Assembly (NCBI GenBank): GCA_964609095.1
Contig: CAZSQN010000002.1
Coordinates: 152,066-216,065 of the forward strand
Source of the DNA: an uncultured Gammaproteobacteria bacterium
GTDB lineage: Bacteria > Patescibacteriota > Patescibacteriia > CAZSQN01
Direction of reading: 5' to 3'
DNA: 64,000 bases
Shown here: positions 39,884 through 49,377 of the stretch, piece after piece
Layout: each line of letters opens with the position of its first letter
How positions within the stretch are numbered: the stretch's first letter is position 1
Translations under genes and position numbers: made by a program
The notes under the pieces: generated by a model
The model's database searches: none
What the model saw: the letters and a program-made list of their open reading frames with translations, nothing else
Told to the model about the DNA's origin: nothing

Positions 39884-40650
39884 TAAAGAGCCGGAGGGCT
39901 GGCATGGACGCCGCGCCTGTTAACGCGGGGGGCTTGTCTGTTTAACCTGTTTCGCAGCAGTCCTTCGGCCGCCCTTTCTATAGGCACGGCAAAAGTGACC
40001 AAATCAACAGCCACGCTTCTTGGCGGGGATGAGGTGACTATGCCCACAAGCCGCCCCCGCTCGTCAACCACCGGGCCGCCGGAAGCGCCTCCCCGCACAG
40101 GCATCAGAATCTCCATTCTGTTAGACGCCATTTCCGAAAAGGGATTGACGAGCGCTCCGGCCGTCCAACCGGTATCGTCCATGCCCACCCGCCAGAGCAG
40201 GTCGCCCCGTTCTATTTCATTCATATTTCCCAAACGGAAAAATTTCGTTTCAGTCCGCCTTTTAAGGCGCAGGAGCGCCAAATCATTTGGCGGATCACGG
40301 GCCACAAGCTCGGCCTCTTCTTTTTCGCCGCACTTGATCGCGCTATGTTCCGCTTCCAGAACGCATCTATGAACATAGACGGCCGCAAACTGTCCGCCCA
40401 AAACATGATTGGCGGTAAGAATTAAACCGTTGCCGGAGACAAAAGCTCCGGTTCCTTTATTGGTAAAAGTTCCGGAAGTATTGCCCAAAGAAACAACTTC
40501 AATCATTGCCGAACGTTCAACCGCTGACGCCAAAAAAGCATTGCCGTTATCGTCAAACGGGTATCTGTCAAGCCAACGGATATTGGCGCGCGAGGCGCAG
40601 CAGGAAGAGATAAAAATTAAAAACAACCAAAGTCCTTTGCCATACCTCAC
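39883..40650 (-). CDS. Secreted/lipoprotein trypsin-like (S1) serine protease
   Basis: LTANH, DLALL, GASGGP triad intact; GTG start with AAGGAG. Confidence 0.85.
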   Translation of the reverse strand: MRYGKGLWLFLIFISSCCASRANIRWLDRYPFDDNGNAFLASAVERSAMIEVVSLGNTSGTFTNKGTGAFVSGNGLILTANHVLGGQFAAVYVHRCVLEAEHSAIKCGEKEEAELVARDPPNDLALLRLKRRTETKFFRLGNMNEIERGDLLWRVGMDDTGWTAGALVNPFSEMASNRMEILMPVRGGASGGPVVDERGRLVGIVTSSPPRSVAVDLVTFAVPIERAAEGLLRNRLNRQAPRVNRRGVHASPPAL

Positions 40651-40974
40651 TTTTTTCTCCTTGCCCCGAGCGCTTTGAGGGGCTTTGTCAATGTACTACC
40701 CAGACATTAACAAAAAACTCTATTAAAATCAATCAGCATCGCGCTAGCGCGCAATTGAGGAAAACAAAAAACAGATTAAAAAACAAACTGGTCCGATCGG
40801 ACCAAAGTATTATCTGTAAAAAAATTTTAATATTTAAAATATGAAATTAATTGTATTCCCAATCCCCTATTACTTGCTATAGCAAGTAATAGGGGACAGA
40901 TGATATCTTTCCTTCCAAAATTAAAAACGCCCGCCTCTCCGAAGAGAAGCGGACGCAAAGAGCTAATGAGAAAG

Positions 40975-41382
40975 CTAATTGGCGGAAATGTCCGCGCCGC
41001 GGCGCCTGGATGGCGCAAAATGCGTCTTTGTTTCCGCCACATACTTCCGGTGTCGTTCCAAGCGCGAACGCAGTTCGCAAATTTCCGCTGAAACGCCGCT
41101 TCGCTCCTGAATCTTTTGCGCCAACTCGCGGCGGCCGGCTTCTCCGCGCTTCAGGCTAAGCATGGAGATTTCCGCGTCCAAAGCGGCATAGCGCAAACTG
41201 CGCTGGCGAAGCACCGCGCGAAGCGCTTTGCCGCGAAGCTCCAGCTCGCGGAGGTAATCATCCGGACGGAGCAGCTTCGCGCGCCGCTTTTCCCGCCGTT
41301 CCATCAAGTAGACGGCGAGAAAAAGCAAGCCGCAAAAGATGATGAGAACAAACGTGTACGTGTGCCAGTTCTGCCAGACCAT
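40975..41382 (-). CDS. Hypothetical protein, N-terminal TM + coiled coil
   Basis: Strong SD (AAGGAGG) before ATG; hydrophobic N-terminus. Confidence 0.65.
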   Translation of the reverse strand: MVWQNWHTYTFVLIIFCGLLFLAVYLMERREKRRAKLLRPDDYLRELELRGKALRAVLRQRSLRYAALDAEISMLSLKRGEAGRRELAQKIQERSGVSAEICELRSRLERHRKYVAETKTHFAPSRRRGADISAN

Positions 41383-41410
41383 TTGGTCCTCCTTTGGTTA
41401 TTGGAAGGAA

Positions 41411-42097
41411 CTACCAGTTCTCGCAGTTCAACGCGCGCTGTCCCGGCGTCAAACGATTGCCGTCGCACATGAGCTTGGTAATCTGCTCCACGCCCTGGCG
41501 CGGATTGCCAGCAACCAGAGCGCAAGACCCGTAGTCCTCTGCGTGCTCCGAAGGAGTTACCACAATGAAGTGGTCGCCGGTTCCGCTCAAGTCGGAGCAG
41601 AGCTCGGCGCCTAAATCAATGCACTCCTCCAGCCCGCTATCGCTCTGCAGCGGCTCGTCTGTGAAAAGAACGATGACGCGCTCGGCTTCCTCGTCCCAAG
41701 TGAACGGAAGTTCGCCAGTAGCCAGATCGGAAACCGCCTCGAAAGTCGGCTCCGTTCTGAAACCGCGCCATTCACGTGTGGCAGATCGGAAAGAGAAGGC
41801 AAAATCAGTGAAAGCAACGAGTTCCGAGTAAATTGACGGGTTGAAATCCGTCTTGCCCTCTTGCGAGACCGTCACGATTCCCATGCGGACGGACTCGTCC
41901 GCGAAAATCCACCAGCGCGACGCATAGGCGTCTTCGATGGCGTTGTGCGTTCTCTCCATGGAAGGACTTGTGTCCACGACGAATACGATGTTGTATGCTG
42001 GCTGGACACACTGCTCGCCATAGGCCGCCTGCGCCAAAGGCGCAAACGAGAAAACGACACACACGGCCACGAACAAACGAATGTTCCAGAGTTTCAT
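41411..42097 (-). CDS. Secreted vWA-domain protein
   Basis: Signal peptide (AQA), MIDAS FVVDTSPSM, VLFTDE; SD AAGGAG. Confidence 0.8.
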   Translation of the reverse strand: MKLWNIRLFVAVCVVFSFAPLAQAAYGEQCVQPAYNIVFVVDTSPSMERTHNAIEDAYASRWWIFADESVRMGIVTVSQEGKTDFNPSIYSELVAFTDFAFSFRSATREWRGFRTEPTFEAVSDLATGELPFTWDEEAERVIVLFTDEPLQSDSGLEECIDLGAELCSDLSGTGDHFIVVTPSEHAEDYGSCALVAGNPRQGVEQITKLMCDGNRLTPGQRALNCENW

Positions 42098-42210
42098 CTG
42101 CTTTTCTCCTTGTTTGTCGAAGGTCTAAGCTCATCACACCTATTGTGATGGCCTTAGATTTCGGGGCGAGTGATTTTTAAGCACTCGCCCTGGGTCAAAA
42201 GAACTTGTTG

Positions 42211-42489
42211 TTACTTTTCGTCACAGTGGCAACAATGTACAACACCGTCGCCATCGCAGTGAAAACAGAGATCATCGGAGGCACCGCTGTTGGTGCTGAA
42301 AACGCCGTTACCTGCGCAATCGGGGCAAATGATATACCCCTTATCGTTGCAGAGACGGCAGCTCACTGCCCGTTCTCGGCAGAAATTTGCGCACCATCCA
42401 TTCAAATTCTTCTCGCCGCCGCACTTGGAGCAGCGATCGGCAGTGAAGATGCGCTGGCCGATCTCCAAACCGTGTTCACAGGCCGCCAT
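42211..42489 (-). CDS. Small Cys-rich protein with DnaJ-type CxxCxGxG zinc-finger repeats
   Basis: CSKCGG, CANFC, CRLCNDKG, CPDCAGNG, CFHCDGDG, CCHC; SD AAGGAG. Confidence 0.7.
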   Translation of the reverse strand: MAACEHGLEIGQRIFTADRCSKCGGEKNLNGWCANFCRERAVSCRLCNDKGYIICPDCAGNGVFSTNSGASDDLCFHCDGDGVVHCCHCDEK

Positions 42490-42501
42490 TGTCTTCTCCT
42501 T

Positions 42502-42981
42502 TCATGGCAAAATTATTTCGCATCCCGGAGCATGGACGAGGTGGGGCATATCGTCAATGATCTGGACGCCGGTAATTCCCAGCGCCTCAAAATCCTTGGC
42601 GAGCTTAAACCTCTCCTCATCTTCTCCGTTTACTACCACCGTAAAAGTTTGAATGACCTTGTTCGGAGGATTCAAGATCAGCCGCGGACGCGGCAAGGAA
42701 GCGAAACGACCCTTCTCAAAGAAGAAATCTCGCGCTCCCGCCGGATTCCAGGTCTGGATGATGAACGGCTCCTCGGCCAGAAACTCGTGAAGCAACTTGC
42801 CGCAGAGCCAATCGCGGCCAGTCCATCCGTTGTCGTCGGAAATGGTCTGGTCAAAATCAATGAAGCGGCGGACGCTTCCGATGATCTCACGGACTTGCTC
42901 GCCCGTGAGCGTGGCCGGATTCGGCCAGGCCACGAAATCAAGCAAATCGTGATCAGAGAACATGATTTTTTCCTTTTTCAA
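42502..42981 (-). CDS. Hypothetical protein
   Basis: 159-aa ORF co-directional with neighbours; start may be 42963. Confidence 0.55.
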   Translation of the reverse strand: MKKEKIMFSDHDLLDFVAWPNPATLTGEQVREIIGSVRRFIDFDQTISDDNGWTGRDWLCGKLLHEFLAEEPFIIQTWNPAGARDFFFEKGRFASLPRPRLILNPPNKVIQTFTVVVNGEDEERFKLAKDFEALGITGVQIIDDMPHLVHAPGCEIILP

Positions 42982-43074
42982 AGATTCCTCTTAATCCCCC
43001 TCCGCAGAATTGCAGAGAGGAACTTAGTGGGAACCCCGACAAAGAAATATGTCGGGGAGTTGGAAAGAACATTT

Positions 43075-43461
43075 TCAGCGACGGGAAGCGTAGGCGAAGC
43101 TTGAACGCTGCCGGATGGCCGTGTAGCCGTTCACGATGACGAGGGGCTTGCGCATTGCCTCTTCCAGAATCTGGCGGATGCGCCCTTCGTTGCGGCTGGA
43201 AAGCCGCGGGGCGATGACCGTCACCTTGACGGTGGTGGCGCCTGGATGTGGAAGAACATCCACGAAGAGCTCGAAACGCGGAAGAATCCGCGCAAGCTCA
43301 TCGCGCACCGCAACCGCGTAGGTTTGGGCGACCACGCGGCCACCGGTGACCACCTGAACCTCGTGATGCAAGGGCTCGGCATCGGCCTCGCTAATGAAAG
43401 CGAAGAAAGCCGCGGCCAAGAGGGCTCCGAGCGCGAACGCGAACAACAATTTGCTCTTCAT
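43075..43461 (-). CDS. Hypothetical exported protein
   Basis: Signal peptide (..EADA); GGAGG SD before ATG 43461. Confidence 0.6.
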   Translation of the reverse strand: MKSKLLFAFALGALLAAAFFAFISEADAEPLHHEVQVVTGGRVVAQTYAVAVRDELARILPRFELFVDVLPHPGATTVKVTVIAPRLSSRNEGRIRQILEEAMRKPLVIVNGYTAIRQRSSFAYASRR

Positions 43462-43472
43462 CTCTTTCCTCC

Positions 43473-43913
43473 TCATCTTGCGTTGTTTGTTCTCTGAACT
43501 CGCGCCGTTCTCAAAACGATGACGCGAGCAAGATGTTCCTCTTGCGGAACGGCCTTGTTCGCGTTTCCGCCGGCCTTCTCTTCCGCGAGAAAGTTGAACT
43601 TTGCTCGCAAAGAGTCCTGCCAGGAAAGAAGCCGACCCATTCCGTCTGAAGGCAGGTTTTCGCCCTCGTTCTTGGCGGCGGAGAAGATGCTGATGAGCCG
43701 AGAAACACGGAGCATCTCCCCAAAGATTTCGTCCATTTGCCTTTCTCTCTCTTCCCTTTTGAGGTCAGAGAGCAGGACCGACGCGGAAGGCGGGTTGAAC
43801 GCAACCGACCACACCTCGCGCTTTCGGAACCGAACGGCCGGCGTAGTGAAAGCTTTCACCGTCAGCACGAAACAAAACCCGATTGCAAACAGCGCGTACA
43901 TGCAGTAGACCAC
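43473..43913 (-). CDS. Hypothetical protein with N-terminal TM
   Basis: AAGGAGG SD precedes GTG at 43913. Confidence 0.55.
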   Translation of the reverse strand: MVYCMYALFAIGFCFVLTVKAFTTPAVRFRKREVWSVAFNPPSASVLLSDLKREERERQMDEIFGEMLRVSRLISIFSAAKNEGENLPSDGMGRLLSWQDSLRAKFNFLAEEKAGGNANKAVPQEEHLARVIVLRTARVQRTNNAR

Positions 43914-44067
43914 TTTATCCTCCTTGCCCCCAACGAAGTCGAGGGGCTTGTTGTTGAATGTCCTATGAGCTCCCAATCACCATGATTGATTTCTCAATTG
44001 GATTTCCAAATGTTTTTAACATACACACATTTGGCAGATTTTTTAATAACTGTTATATTATATTTAT

Positions 44068-44433
44068 ATGAACAATGAGCCAACAACCAATGAAGTTCTT
44101 GAAGCAATCAACACTCTGTCAACTCATATTGATGAACGTTTTACGCGAGTTGAAAATGATATCACTGGCATAAAAGGTGATATCACTGGCATAAAAGGTG
44201 ATATCACTGGCATAAAAGGTGAGATTATCGAAATCAAGGCCACCATGGTTACTAAGGATTATCTTGATGACAAACTTGCAGATTTGCGAGGCGACCTTGT
44301 GGTCTTGATGCGCAAGGAAGACAAAAAGGTTCAGAGTTTGGTGGAATTGCTTCACTCTAAAAAAGTCATTTCCGAAGAAGAAGCCAAGCGCATTCTCTCC
44401 ATGGATCTTTTTCCGCAAGTTTCTCTGCGATAA
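44068..44433 (+). CDS. Small coiled-coil protein with heptad tandem repeat
   Basis: (DITGIKG)x3 encoded by an exact 21-bp repeat at 44157-44219; MVTKDYLDDKL motif; own terminator. Confidence 0.75.
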   Translation: MNNEPTTNEVLEAINTLSTHIDERFTRVENDITGIKGDITGIKGDITGIKGEIIEIKATMVTKDYLDDKLADLRGDLVVLMRKEDKKVQSLVELLHSKKVISEEEAKRILSMDLFPQVSLR

Positions 44434-44455
44434 TTACTTGCAGAAAAGATTTTAC

Positions 44456-44490
44456 TTTTGCGCCCCGCGTAGGCGGGGTGTTTTTATTTT
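44456..44490 (+). terminator. Intrinsic terminator
   Basis: gcgccccgcgtaggcggggtgt followed by a T-tract. Confidence 0.7.
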
Positions 44491-44726
44491 CTTTCCTTTC
44501 CTCCTTATTCTCCTAGTCGTGCGACTAAGCGACTATTTGAATGTCCGCTCGCCAGTTCGGCGAGCGGTCGCTGATGTAGCGACCGAATCTCGCAGACCGC
44601 TACGCACCATGCGTAACGACCTATGAATTCGCCCCCACAACCAATTTTCATTGGTGTGAGGGGTAAAGGGCGAGTGGTTTTACAACCATTTCAATTGCCT
44701 CATAAAGAGCTTTATTTGTATTTATT

Positions 44727-44755
44727 ACTATAGCACACTGGGGATAAGTTGTCAA
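44727..44755 (-). promoter_or_regulatory. Consensus sigma70 promoter TTGACA-17-TATAGT with extended -10 TG
   Basis: Direct motif match; drives a structured region with no clear CDS. Confidence 0.7.
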
Positions 44756-44850
44756 GGACATATAGACGATTTTAGAGTGAAATAGTCATTTTAAGCCATT
44801 TTTTATGTTAAAAATACCTAACAAAATACCCTCTTATCAGAGGGTATAAC

Positions 44851-46128
44851 TTAAAGAACTTTTTTCAGCTCATCCAAAGTCGGCTCAATCACCACCGATC
44901 TATTGGCCAAAGGCGAATCTGATTCGTGGAAATTCAGAGTTGCCGTCTGGTCTTTTAAGAAATGTCCGGTCAAAATACAGACAACAAAATCGCTCTCCTC
45001 TATAATTCCGCTCGCCCGCAGTTTCAGAAGTCCGGCCAAAGTGGCGCAGCTTGCCGGTTCCGCGCCAACGCCTTCGCGGTCAAGCAGGGCTTTGGCCTCC
45101 ATAATCTCCTCATCGCTTACTTTTTCCACCACGCCTCTGGTAAACCTGATGGCTTGCGCCGCTTTACTATGATTTATCGGAACGCCTATTTCAATGGCCG
45201 AGGCGATTGTTTTCGCCTCCGGCAGAACAAAGCGCATAGTGAAATTTTCCCTAAACGCTCTATAAAACGGATTGGCGCCCTTGGCCTGGATTACGGCAAG
45301 GCGCGGCATTTGCGAATAATCTATCACGCCCGCAAGAAATATCTCCCTAAGGGCTTTGCCAAAAGCGGAAACATTTCCCAAATTGCCGCCCGGCAGAATA
45401 ATCCAATTTGGCAACTGCCAATGCAGCTGCTCCAGCAGTTCCCAGATAATCGTCTTCTGCCCTTCCAAACGGACGGGATTAATGGAATTCACAACATGCA
45501 GTCCCAGTTCCGAACCGTGAGCGGCCACCAGCTTCATGCAGGCGTCAAAGTTGCCGCGCACTTTGATAACGCGGGCGCCATAAGCAATTGCTTGCGAGAC
45601 CTTGCCCAAAGCCACACGTTCGCTGGGCATCAGGATATAAGCGCGCATTCCCGCGGCGCGGGCATAGCTTGCGACAGAGGCCGCCGTATTGCCGGTGCTG
45701 GCGCATAGAAGCGCGCGGCTGCCAAGATGCTTTGCCCAAGAAACAACAACAGTCATGCCGCGATCCTTAAAGGAGCCGGTCGGATTCTCGCCTTCATGCT
45801 TAAACATCAATTTGCGCACGGCCGCCATCTCCGCCAGCTTGGAAAATTCATAGACGCGCGTATTGCCTTCCGCTCTTGAAATAATTTTTTCGTCCGGAAA
45901 TCCGGGCAGAATAAGATCGCGATAACGCCAAACGCCGGAGGAGTCCGGCAAATTTTTAGCTCCCCATCTGCGCTCCAAAATCCGCATCCAGTTCTGCCAT
46001 CTCAATTGAGCCAATACTTCGCTATGGTCAACTTCCAAGAGCCCGCCGCATTCGCAGAGATTGCGTCCGGAAAGCAAGGGGTATTTCCGCTCGCAAGAAC
46101 TTTGAACGCACTTCAAAACCGATTTCAT
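44851..46128 (-). CDS. thrC: Threonine synthase
   Basis: NPTGSFKDRG PLP lysine, ASTGNT, RLEGQKT, PGGNLGN, EPAS. Confidence 0.95.
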   Translation of the reverse strand: MKSVLKCVQSSCERKYPLLSGRNLCECGGLLEVDHSEVLAQLRWQNWMRILERRWGAKNLPDSSGVWRYRDLILPGFPDEKIISRAEGNTRVYEFSKLAEMAAVRKLMFKHEGENPTGSFKDRGMTVVVSWAKHLGSRALLCASTGNTAASVASYARAAGMRAYILMPSERVALGKVSQAIAYGARVIKVRGNFDACMKLVAAHGSELGLHVVNSINPVRLEGQKTIIWELLEQLHWQLPNWIILPGGNLGNVSAFGKALREIFLAGVIDYSQMPRLAVIQAKGANPFYRAFRENFTMRFVLPEAKTIASAIEIGVPINHSKAAQAIRFTRGVVEKVSDEEIMEAKALLDREGVGAEPASCATLAGLLKLRASGIIEESDFVVCILTGHFLKDQTATLNFHESDSPLANRSVVIEPTLDELKKVL

Positions 46129-46162
46129 TTCTCTTCTCCTTTTTTCACGGTTTTCTCAAAAA

Positions 46163-47179
46163 TTATTCCGCTCCAAGCAGTTTCGCCCCGGCTGAACTGA
46201 ATTGGCTCCCATAGGCGTTTCCTCTGCCAAAGGCAGAAGCCATCGCCGCCGCGATCATCAGCGCTTGGTGATAGCTTTCCGCAACCACAAATAACGACGG
46301 TCCGGCTCCTGATAATCCAATGGCGGCTTTTGCGCCAAGATGCTTTGCCGCGCTTTTGGCAACGGCAACGGCCTTGGCATATATTCTCTTTCCGTAAAAT
46401 TCAAACCGTTTTGGCGTCACCAACTCATCGCTTTCAACAATGGAAACAAACTCGTCAAAATCACGATGAGAGATCGCCTCAATCAGGCCAAGAGATGCTT
46501 TGGCTGACCTTTCGCGAACTTCAAACCAAAATCCAATATCTTGAGGCAAAATCTCGCGGCTGGACTTAGTTGATTCCTTGGAAAACGGCGGCGTAAAAAC
46601 CGCTATACCCCAATCAGGCAAGTCGTGGATAAACTTAGCGCGCACGTTTTTATCATCTTCGCTGATTATTGATGTAAATCCGCCCAAAAGAGAAGCCGCC
46701 GCATTATCATAATGAGCAACTCCGGAAGAAACGGCCTCAACACCTCCGGCAAGTTTAACGGCCTCTGAAAGACGAAATCCGGCGTTTAACTTCTTATTAA
46801 ATGCCTGATTCTTCCCGACAAGGGCTGAGGCGCTGACTAGTCCGGCAACTGCCGAAGCCGCTGATGAGCCAAGCCCGTATCCCGCCGGCACGCCTTTCCA
46901 AACCCCGACTTCAATGCCGATTGATTTTTCCCAATCAGGCGCGAGCGCGTCTAAAGCAACTTTAACCGCGATGGACGCGATGTTTTCTGCCGGATTGTCC
47001 GAGGTTCCCAAAAGCAAACTGTCTTTGGATAAGACAACGCCGCGAAGGCGGCTGTTTGCTTTTACGGAAACAACATCCCAAAAATACGGAAAAGACAAAC
47101 CCACTCTGTCAAAACCAGGTCCAAGATTGGCGATGGAAGCCGGCGCCTTTGCGCGCGCTTCGCTGTATTCCAATTTCAT
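46163..47179 (-). CDS. thrB: Homoserine kinase
   Basis: APASIANLGPGFD, GLGSSAAS, HYDN, SGAGPS. Confidence 0.93.
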   Translation of the reverse strand: MKLEYSEARAKAPASIANLGPGFDRVGLSFPYFWDVVSVKANSRLRGVVLSKDSLLLGTSDNPAENIASIAVKVALDALAPDWEKSIGIEVGVWKGVPAGYGLGSSAASAVAGLVSASALVGKNQAFNKKLNAGFRLSEAVKLAGGVEAVSSGVAHYDNAAASLLGGFTSIISEDDKNVRAKFIHDLPDWGIAVFTPPFSKESTKSSREILPQDIGFWFEVRERSAKASLGLIEAISHRDFDEFVSIVESDELVTPKRFEFYGKRIYAKAVAVAKSAAKHLGAKAAIGLSGAGPSLFVVAESYHQALMIAAAMASAFGRGNAYGSQFSSAGAKLLGAE

Positions 47180-47224
47180 TCTAATTCTCCTTTGTAAAAG
47201 AACAAGATAACTTTAATGGAAAAA

Positions 47225-48280
47225 TCACCTTCTTGGCAAGAGTCCTTTTGCCGCCAGCAGTTCCGCGTTTAATATTGAACCTCCGGCCGCGCCGCGAATG
47301 GTATTATGAACCAAAAGCGTGAATTTGTAATCCAAAACATTATCCGGCCGCAAACGGCCGATAACCACGCTCATCCCATCGCCCTCATTCCTGTCTTTTC
47401 GCGGCTGAGGCCGGTCATCCTCTTGGCGCAAAACAAGACAATGCTTTGGCGCGCTTGGCAGATTAAGTCCGAAAATAGACGGAACAAATTCAGAAAACGC
47501 GCGGCGCGCTTCTTCTATGGTCGCTTTGCGCTCAAATTCCGCGCTGACGCATTCCGTATGCCCGTCGCGCACGGCCACGCGATTGCAGTGCGCCGATATT
47601 CTAAACTCCGCCGGAATAAATCCTGAAGGCGACAATCCGCCCAAAATTTTTCTTGGCTCCGATTCCACTTTTTCTTCTTCGCCGCCGATATAAGGAATGA
47701 CATTATCCAGAATATCCATAGAGGCCACGCCCGGATAACCGGCGCCGGAAAGCGCCTGCATCGTCGTGACTATAACTTTTGTTATTTTAAAATTATCGTG
47801 CAGCGGCTTTAACGCCATAACCAGACCGGTTGTGGTGCAGTTGGGATTGGTAATGATAAACCCGGACGAGCCGCGGCGCTGCTTTTGCAATTCCAATATC
47901 TCCAAATGCTCCGGATTAACCTCCGGCACAAGCAGAGGCGCATCAACATCCATCCTGTGATTTTTTGAATTTGAAAGCACGGCATATCCGGCTTGCGCGA
48001 ATCTTTCTTCAATCTCTCCGGCAACGGAGGCGTCTAAGGCGGAAAAAAGCGCGTCGCAGGGAAGATTGGAATAAACATCGCTTACGGCCATGCCTTTAAC
48101 TTGCTCCGGCATTGGCTCGTCCAATACCCATTTTGTCGCTTCGGCATAAGATTTTCCGGCCGAGCGTTCAGATGCGGCAAGAGCGGTTAACTCAAACCAA
48201 GGATGATTTGACAATAATTGGACAAACCGCTGTCCGACTGCGCCGGTCGCGCCTAAAATTCCGACACGATACTTTTGCAT
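47225..48280 (-). CDS. asd: Aspartate-semialdehyde dehydrogenase (archaeal/fungal-like type)
   Basis: GATGAVGQRF, NPNCTT, QALSGAGYPG, HNTIRGAAG. Confidence 0.95.
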   Translation of the reverse strand: MQKYRVGILGATGAVGQRFVQLLSNHPWFELTALAASERSAGKSYAEATKWVLDEPMPEQVKGMAVSDVYSNLPCDALFSALDASVAGEIEERFAQAGYAVLSNSKNHRMDVDAPLLVPEVNPEHLEILELQKQRRGSSGFIITNPNCTTTGLVMALKPLHDNFKITKVIVTTMQALSGAGYPGVASMDILDNVIPYIGGEEEKVESEPRKILGGLSPSGFIPAEFRISAHCNRVAVRDGHTECVSAEFERKATIEEARRAFSEFVPSIFGLNLPSAPKHCLVLRQEDDRPQPRKDRNEGDGMSVVIGRLRPDNVLDYKFTLLVHNTIRGAAGGSILNAELLAAKGLLPRR

Positions 48281-48285
48281 AAACT

Positions 48286-48355
48286 AAGCTGTTAGCTGTT
48301 AGCTTTTAGCTGTTAGAAGTTTCGTGACCCCTAAAAGCTATAAGCTAAAAGCTAA
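48286..48355. repeat. Heptamer tandem-repeat hairpin
   Basis: Nearly identical to 31655-31727; fills the hom-asd spacer. Confidence 0.75.
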
Positions 48356-49377
48356 AGTGCGCCCAGCAGCCGAAGAATGTCTCCCATCATCCCCTGCGCC
48401 GTCACTTCCGCTCCGGCTCCGGGCCCGCGGATAATGAGCGGATGGCGAAAATATCTTTTGGTGCGGATAACGGCCATATTTTCCGGGCCGGAAAGAGTGG
48501 CGAGCGGATCGCCGGAGGCGAGCGGCTCTATGGCGACGCGCGCGCCAAAGGGAGTGGCTGTCACCGCATATCCCAGTTTTTCATTGCGTTTGTATTTATA
48601 ATCCTCTTCCCGCAGATTTTCCAAAAATTCTTTTATCGGCGCTTCTTTAAGCCCATCCGGAACAAGCGATTCGGATTGAACCAGTTCGGAAGGCAGTTCC
48701 GCGCCAAGCGCGCGCGCCAAAATCAGCGCTTTTCTTTTCACATCGGCTCCGGAGAGGTCATCGCGCGGATCCGGCTCGGTATATCCGAGCTTGTGCGCCT
48801 CGCTTACGGCTTCGGAAAAAAGTTTTCCGGAAGAAACTTCGTTCATTATATATGAAAGCGTACCGGAAAGCAGTCCGCGAATATCAATAATCTCATCGCC
48901 GGAAGCGCGCAAACGTTTGATGGTTGAAATAATCGGCAATCCGCCGCCCACCGTCGCCTCATAACGAAAGTTGCGCGTCAAATAAAATTTCTTGCATTCC
49001 TCATACGGACCGGCCAGCGGCTTTTTGTTGGCCGTCACAACCGCCGCGCCGCCGTCAATAATTTTGTTCCAAAATAAACCAGTTTCGCCTGCCGTGGCAT
49101 CAACGATAAGAAGGTTGTTTTGATTAAGCGACAAAACGCTCTTGGCCAATTCTCCCAAATCTTTATTCGGCAAACTTTGCGGATGCGATGATAAACTGCG
49201 TTTTAGAACAATCTTTTGATAATCTTGCAGAGAAGTTTGCTCGTCTAAAATATAATTCTTGCTGTCGGCAATTCCAGCCAATCTGAACTTAATATCCGAA
49301 CCAAGGCCCGAGAGCTGTTTAAGAAAAGAGTTCCCCACGCCGCCAATGCCCAACAAAAATAAACTTGCGCCGTTCAT
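48352..49377 (-). CDS. hom: Homoserine dehydrogenase (ThrA C-terminal-domain type)
   Basis: GIGGVG, TANKK, YEATVGGGLP, GYTEPDPRDDLSG, GPGAG; ATGA overlap with aspartokinase. Confidence 0.93.
   Translation of the reverse strand: MNGASLFLLGIGGVGNSFLKQLSGLGSDIKFRLAGIADSKNYILDEQTSLQDYQKIVLKRSLSSHPQSLPNKDLGELAKSVLSLNQNNLLIVDATAGETGLFWNKIIDGGAAVVTANKKPLAGPYEECKKFYLTRNFRYEATVGGGLPIISTIKRLRASGDEIIDIRGLLSGTLSYIMNEVSSGKLFSEAVSEAHKLGYTEPDPRDDLSGADVKRKALILARALGAELPSELVQSESLVPDGLKEAPIKEFLENLREEDYKYKRNEKLGYAVTATPFGARVAIEPLASGDPLATLSGPENMAVIRTKRYFRHPLIIRGPGAGAEVTAQGMMGDILRLLGAL

Noticed and set aside
42205-43104. 299-aa + strand ORF
   Set aside because: Antisense to two minus-strand ORFs that have SD sites and, in one case, clear Zn-finger motifs; no recognisable domain
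44480-44720. RNase P or SRP RNA
   Set aside because: Could not find the RNase P GAGGAAAGUCC/P4 partner or the SRP domain IV motif; kept as an unknown structured region
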